DNA of 44,367 nucleotides from assembly GCA_030141605.1 (NCBI GenBank), contig JAQGDQ010000977.1:29639-74005 (forward strand). The letters run 5' to 3'. The position numbers and the translations under genes were made by a program. The notes under the pieces are model-generated. The model had not been told where the DNA came from and made no database searches. It saw only the letters and a program-made list of their open reading frames with translations. This document shows, piece after piece, positions 32,201 to 44,367 of the stretch. Within the stretch, counting starts at the first letter, position 1. The number at the start of each line of letters is the position of its first letter. This DNA is from Tubiluchus corallicola (taxonomy: Eukaryota > Animalia > Priapulida).

Positions 32201-34206
32201 TATAGCCCAGTTTACCATTGCTACTTATTGCATTATCATTTAGATGATGCTGGTGGTCATCAATAATTATCAATAAGTAAATGTTTACTTAAAATTTCTC
32301 ATTTAATCAAAAAAGGAGTCCAGGCTCAAGATCTCACGCGAAATGTGCAACTACTGCTAAGAATAAAGGACCATAGCAATAATTATCATGGGATTTAGAA
32401 AACACCAAAAAAAGGAATAACCAAAAGAAGTTATACGGTGTTATGCCTTACACCTAAAGAAGAGTCTGTCAATTGCTAGAAAGGGTGCTCTGTGTTGTGA
32501 TTTTGTCACCTTGATAACTTTAAGGCTTCGTTTATAAATAATTATGTGCAATAGCGAATTAGACAGAACAGAGCATTCATTTTATTATTTTATTTATAAC
32601 AAATATTAAAGAATTGGAGAAAATGTAGGCAATCGACTGATTGCAAGTCTCAAGAGAAGATGTTGAAAGCTGTTGTATTGAAAATTTGCCGAAAATGTCT
32701 AGTACGTGAATGATTGCTTGCTTTGCAAAAAAGTTTTTTTCGAGAAAGCTGTTGAGGTAAATTTTGTCGAAGAGTAAAGGTGCTACTGTGTTATAAAACT
32801 CCTGCAATCTAGTCTTTTCACTATACAAGTGTAAAGTCTAAAGGGGAGTGAGACACCCCCGAAACCGGAGAACCAGAAAATAAACATGAGAAACAACAGA
32901 AGTCAAATTTAATCTTAAAAGTAGTGCGTCTTTAGAAACAAAATTTCGCAAGCAATACAGTCAACATGTCAACGGTAGTTGGTTCATTGCATCAGCCAAT
33001 TAATGTAACACTTCTTAAACTTTTTATAAAGATTGAAGAAAATGATTTACTATACAGTTTAGCTATATTACATGGCTTAACATGATTGTAGTTATGGCTT
33101 GCTATGCCACATTTATTTTTTTGATCAAATTATAGGGATTAATTAGTGGATCATAAAATACTGCTAACAATTGTCTATTCATCCCTGTAAAACTATAATT
33201 ATAATTGGCAATCAATTGTGCCTCTATTTTATTTTTATTTTGGCTATTTTATGCTTTGGAAATGTTATAATGACTTAATCGTCGTCATAACATCATCATA
33301 CTAATATGTGCCAACTATGTATTCCCAATCAACATGCTGAATTTCTACATTTTGCACTTTGTCCTCATTCTAGAAAGAAAGTGTGGGTGTGCGTGTGTGC
33401 GAGCGAGTGAGTGTGTGAGAGAGAGAGATCATTTAATGCACTTCTGTTTTTGTTTCTCAAATTCCAAATTTACCATTAATCTGGGTAGCACCAACGCAAT
33501 ATTTTCTTCCTGGTGTTGTCCAGTGGCATACCAGTAGTCTCAATGAAAATTATATATTAATGTTTTTTCTGTGTAAAAGTTGTGTTAATTTAATGCTTCT
33601 GTGTAAATTGTCATTGTATGTTCATGGTAAATCTAGCAATAAATTCTAATAAAAAGTAGTGTTAGTAAATACTAATAAAATGTTACTGTACTCAGATCGA
33701 CGTATGTTACAAAACTTACGTAGTGTGTGAACAGTAGGCGTGTCAGGGATGTATAATTTGGTAGTCTGTTGCTGTAGGTGTTGTGACATTAAATACTTTC
33801 ATTTTTTAAAATCATTCAAGTTTGTGGTATAGCTGATCAATGCATAGTGTGTGACTTTTTCCGAGTACTCTAAGTTAACAAACATTGAAATCATTAAAAC
33901 ACTTTGAGGTGCGTGTGTATTTTTCCTAACAATGCATGGTAGTTAGTGAGACCTAACAGCGGGTAACTAGTATAGGTCATATCAAGTGTTAATACCCGTC
34001 TAGCTATATGATAAAGACATGATAAAAAAACATCGTAAACTGGATATTGTTAAGTACTTCAAGCAAGATTGTTTAATAATATTTTTTAAATGACCTGATT
34101 TGTATAGTTGTTCTATTTGTTTGTCTTTTTGAAAAAATGGAATGCAAATTGTTTCAGCAGTTTTTTCCAAAACGACAATCAAATAGAACAACTGTAACAA
34201 GTATTA

Positions 34207-35043
34207 CCGTATATACTCGCATATAAGCCGAATTTAGAACTATAAAATACAATACTGAAGTCAGGGGGTCGACTTATATGCGCATGAAACAAAATGAACA
34301 CAAGGACAGACACTAATGCCAATTTTCCAGCCACACATTTTCATCGCTATCTGACTCTTTATTTGGTTGTGTGTCACCAGTGGTGTATTGGAGGGGGATC
34401 GTGGGGGATCGCCGTCCACCCACTTTTTTTTTAGAAAAAATTCACATTTCAATAAATGTCTGCTTTTTGTATTCATTAGATAAAAAATATTAAAAATGTA
34501 TACGGGTTTAATATTAAATCTACTTGTTTTCATTTTTTCAAAAAACGGTTTTAAATAATGTCAATTTCTTTCAAATTTGTGAATGTAAAATGGTAAGTCT
34601 TGAGACTAGCCGTCCACCTACTTTTTATTTAGCAATACACCACTGTGTGTCACCGTTGCGAGCCGTAACCAAGCTACAGCTAGTGGTGAAGCCGACGTCA
34701 TCAGCCAATTGGTAGGCAGCGCGTGGGGAGACGAGGGTCACGTGGCTTATAGAGGAACATATTGGTGTACACGTTTTCTGAACAGACACTCTATATGTTT
34801 GAGACAGAGAATGAAAATTGCACAAAAATTGCCATCACAATATGAACATAAACTTTTGGGTTTTCAAAAGTATGTTATTGATCAAAGAAAGGCTGGTGAC
34901 TTCCCTCTCTGCAGAATTGGCAACATGGATGAGACAAGTTGATGGTCGGCTTATATACGGGTTTTTGCAAAAACTGGCTATTTTAAAGCAGTTTTAGGGG
35001 GTCGGCTTATATGCGATGTAGGCTTATATGCGAGTATATACGG
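34207..35043 (+). mobile_element. Internally deleted pogo-family DNA transposon
   Basis: TA|CCGTATATACTCGCATATAAGCC ... GGCTTATATGCGAGTATATACGG|TA; retains the transposase fragment WCTRFLNRHSICLRQRMKIAQKLPSQYEHKLLGFQKYVI..IGNMDET (end of the CENP-B HTH to the first catalytic D). Confidence 0.92.
34378..34645. mobile_element. hAT-type MITE nested in the pogo element
   Basis: TIR CAGTGGTGTATTG / CAATACACCACTG; perfect 8-bp TSD TGTGTCAC. Confidence 0.92.
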
Positions 35044-35099
35044 TACTTAATAAACCCAGTTTTGTATGATTTGTATTTCAATTAAAATTTCCATTAAAC

Positions 35100-35620
35100 T
35101 TTATAGATAAAAACGTATTTAACTATCTATTACGCTCTGGTATATCCATATCTACTATACTGCATGTTGGCATGGAAACAAATCAAATTGTTTATATTGC
35201 AACCTTTAATCAGCATTTAGAACAAAATTGTTAAAATCATTACATTTGCCAATATCAGAGCACATGCTACTCCTTCCTACAGCCAACTCCAGCTATTAAA
35301 ACTGGAAAATATTTATAACCTTGAAATGTTTAAATTCGTGTATAAATTTAAAAATAATCTTCTGCCCAAACTCTTTAAAAACGTTTTTACTTATACCTGT
35401 ATTGTCCACACTTATTACACAAGGTCTACGCGCAAAGGAAATTCTTTTCAAAAACTATTTGAGTCATGGCTTATAGCTTAAATAGTATGCAGAATAATTT
35501 ATCCTCTGAGCTAAAGTCGTGCACAGTTTTGACTTCAGCAACGAAAAACTTTAAAAAATATTATTAAATAAGTATTCCTTCTGAATCTATCAACTACGCA
35601 CTTAAGTGTTTTATGCACGT
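35100..35620 (+). mobile_element. Decayed L2/Crack-like LINE 3' remnant
   Basis: YSQLQLLKLENIYNLEMFKFVYKFKNNLLPKLFKNVF..VHTYYTRS. Confidence 0.7.
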
Positions 35621-36298
35621 GTGGTCATCTTCTTTCTTGTCTATATATATTCTTGTGCTTTTTTTAATTAATGATTTTAATCGTCGAAACCCACACTCTT
35701 AAAAATTCTGGAAATGACTACCTATATCTGTATACTGGTTTTAATCAAAAATTAATCTATATATTTCAAAGTCACCAAAAAGTACGAGACTTTGTAGTTG
35801 TTCATGATAATATTTCCTCATGAAAAAATTGTCTTTTTATACCTTATGATCAAACATGTAAGTGTCTTTTTCATTATTCATGGCAATTCGCAAATTCCCT
35901 GTTTTACAAAACTGTATAATTATTTTATTTTCTGTTTGTAATTCAGGCTTCTATACTATCTAAAATTTGATTAGAGTTACTGGGAAAATACTAAAATTAG
36001 AAGAACAAACAACACCATTATATTGTACTCATAAAAATAGCTTTATTATTGTCTACAATGCTGATTAAAATTATTTATTTCGCTTTATATCGGGGAAGGA
36101 GTAAAAGACCGTATGGTCGTTCCCTTTCCTCACACATAGGGGAAGGGAGTAAAAGACCGTATGGTCGTTCCCTTTCCCACACTATTTAAATATTTACTTG
36201 TCAACTGACTACAATCTTTATATCTTGTTATGTGTGAAATAAAAGTTCTTATATCTTAGATGTTGATACGGTAAAGTCTGTACACCAACACAGCAAAA

Positions 36299-43072
<6,774 letters not shown>

Positions 43073-43235
43073 GTAAGTTTTGTATTGCTTCAGTTTCTAC
43101 ATCCGACCAAAATCTTGTTTTTAGAACGATAACATTGAAATTTGTGTTTTCAATACTTTTGTTGTTTCACATGTTAGCAAAGCAAAAACTGAATTTGGTA
43201 AATTCATTAAAGGAAAACGGGGTGATTTCTCATAT

Positions 43236-44367
43236 AGTGCAGTATACTGTACGACCATTTTAAAGTGCAGTATACTGTATGACCATTTTAAAGTCGGTAT
43301 ACTGTATGACCATTTTAAAGTAGGTATACTGTACGACCATTTTAAAGTGCAGTATACTGTATGACCATTTTAAAGTCGGTATACTGTACGACCATTTCAA
43401 AGTGCTGTATACTGTACGACCATTTTAAAGTCGGTATACTGTACGACCATTTCAAAGTGCGGTATACTGTACGACCATTTTAAAGTGCGGTATACTGTAC
43501 GACCATTTTAAAGTGTGGTATACTGTACGACCATTTTAAAGTGTGGTATACTGTACGACCATTTTAAAGTGTGGTATACTGTACGACCATTTCAAAGTGC
43601 GGTATACTGTACGACCATTTTAAAGTCGGTATACTGTATGACCATTTTAAAGTGCGGTATACTGTACGACCATTTCAAAGTGCGGTATACTGTACGACCA
43701 TTTTAAAGTGCGGTATACTGTACGACCATTTCAAAGTGCGGTATACTGTACGACAATTTTAAAGTCGGTATACTGTACGACCATTTTAAAGTCGGTATAC
43801 TGTACGACCATTTTAAAGTACGGTATACTGTATGACCATTTTAAAGTGCGGTATACTGTACGACCATTTTAAAGTATGGTATGCTGTATGACCATTTTAA
43901 AGTGCGGTATACTGTACGACCATTTTAAAGTACGTTATACTGTACGACCATTTTAAAGTGCGGTATACTGTACGACCATTTTAAAGTTCGGTATACTGTA
44001 TGACCATTTTAATGTCGGTATACTGTACGACCATTTTAAAGTGCGGTATACTGTACGACCATTTTAAAGTACGGTATACTGTACGACCATTTTAAAGTGC
44101 GGTATACTGTACGACCATTTTAAAGTACGGTATACTGTATGACCATTTTAAAGTGCGGTATACTGTACGACCATTTTAAAGTACGGTATACTGTACGACC
44201 ATTTTAAAGTACGGTATACTGTACGACCATTTTAAAGTACGGTATACTGTACGACCATTTTAAAGTGCGGTATACTGTACGACCATTTTAAAGTGCGGTA
44301 TACTGTACGACCATTTTAAAGTACGGTATACTGTACGACCATTTTAAAGTGCGGTATACTGTACGAC
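43236..44367. repeat. 28-bp minisatellite (with 27-bp variants), at least about 40 copies, runs off the window
   Basis: Unit GTGCGGTATACTGTACGACCATTTTAAA. Confidence 0.98.

Overview
AT-rich, repeat-dense eukaryotic DNA with spliceosomal GT-AG introns, most likely from an invertebrate animal; the species cannot be named from the sequence. Four spliced genes were reconstructed by hand with phase-consistent exons. (1) The 3' half of a ceramide-kinase-family gene (CERKL/CERK-like, +, 1234-8723). (2) A complete 3-exon cyclin H gene (-, 15341-10912, 319 aa). (3) A 9-coding-exon ankyrin-repeat gene (-, 27842-19904, about 313 aa) that the ORF track mostly misses and whose repeats are laid out like those of fungal Swi6/Cdc10/Mbp1/Res. 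(4) The 5' part of eIF2B delta (EIF2B4, +, 36299 to beyond 43072). Introns and intergenic DNA hold hAT-, pogo/Tigger- and Kolobok-type MITEs (several nested, several with intact TSDs), decayed LINE 3' ends and at least seven unrelated minisatellites. The most notable items are the SBF/MBF-like ankyrin gene next to cyclin H, two tandem arrays of sense-strand AG|GTAA splice-site motifs in consecutive EIF2B4 introns, a CERKL-like 3' splice site apparently made from a MITE, and a minisatellite apparently derived from a MITE end. All homology calls come from recalled motifs; no search was run.
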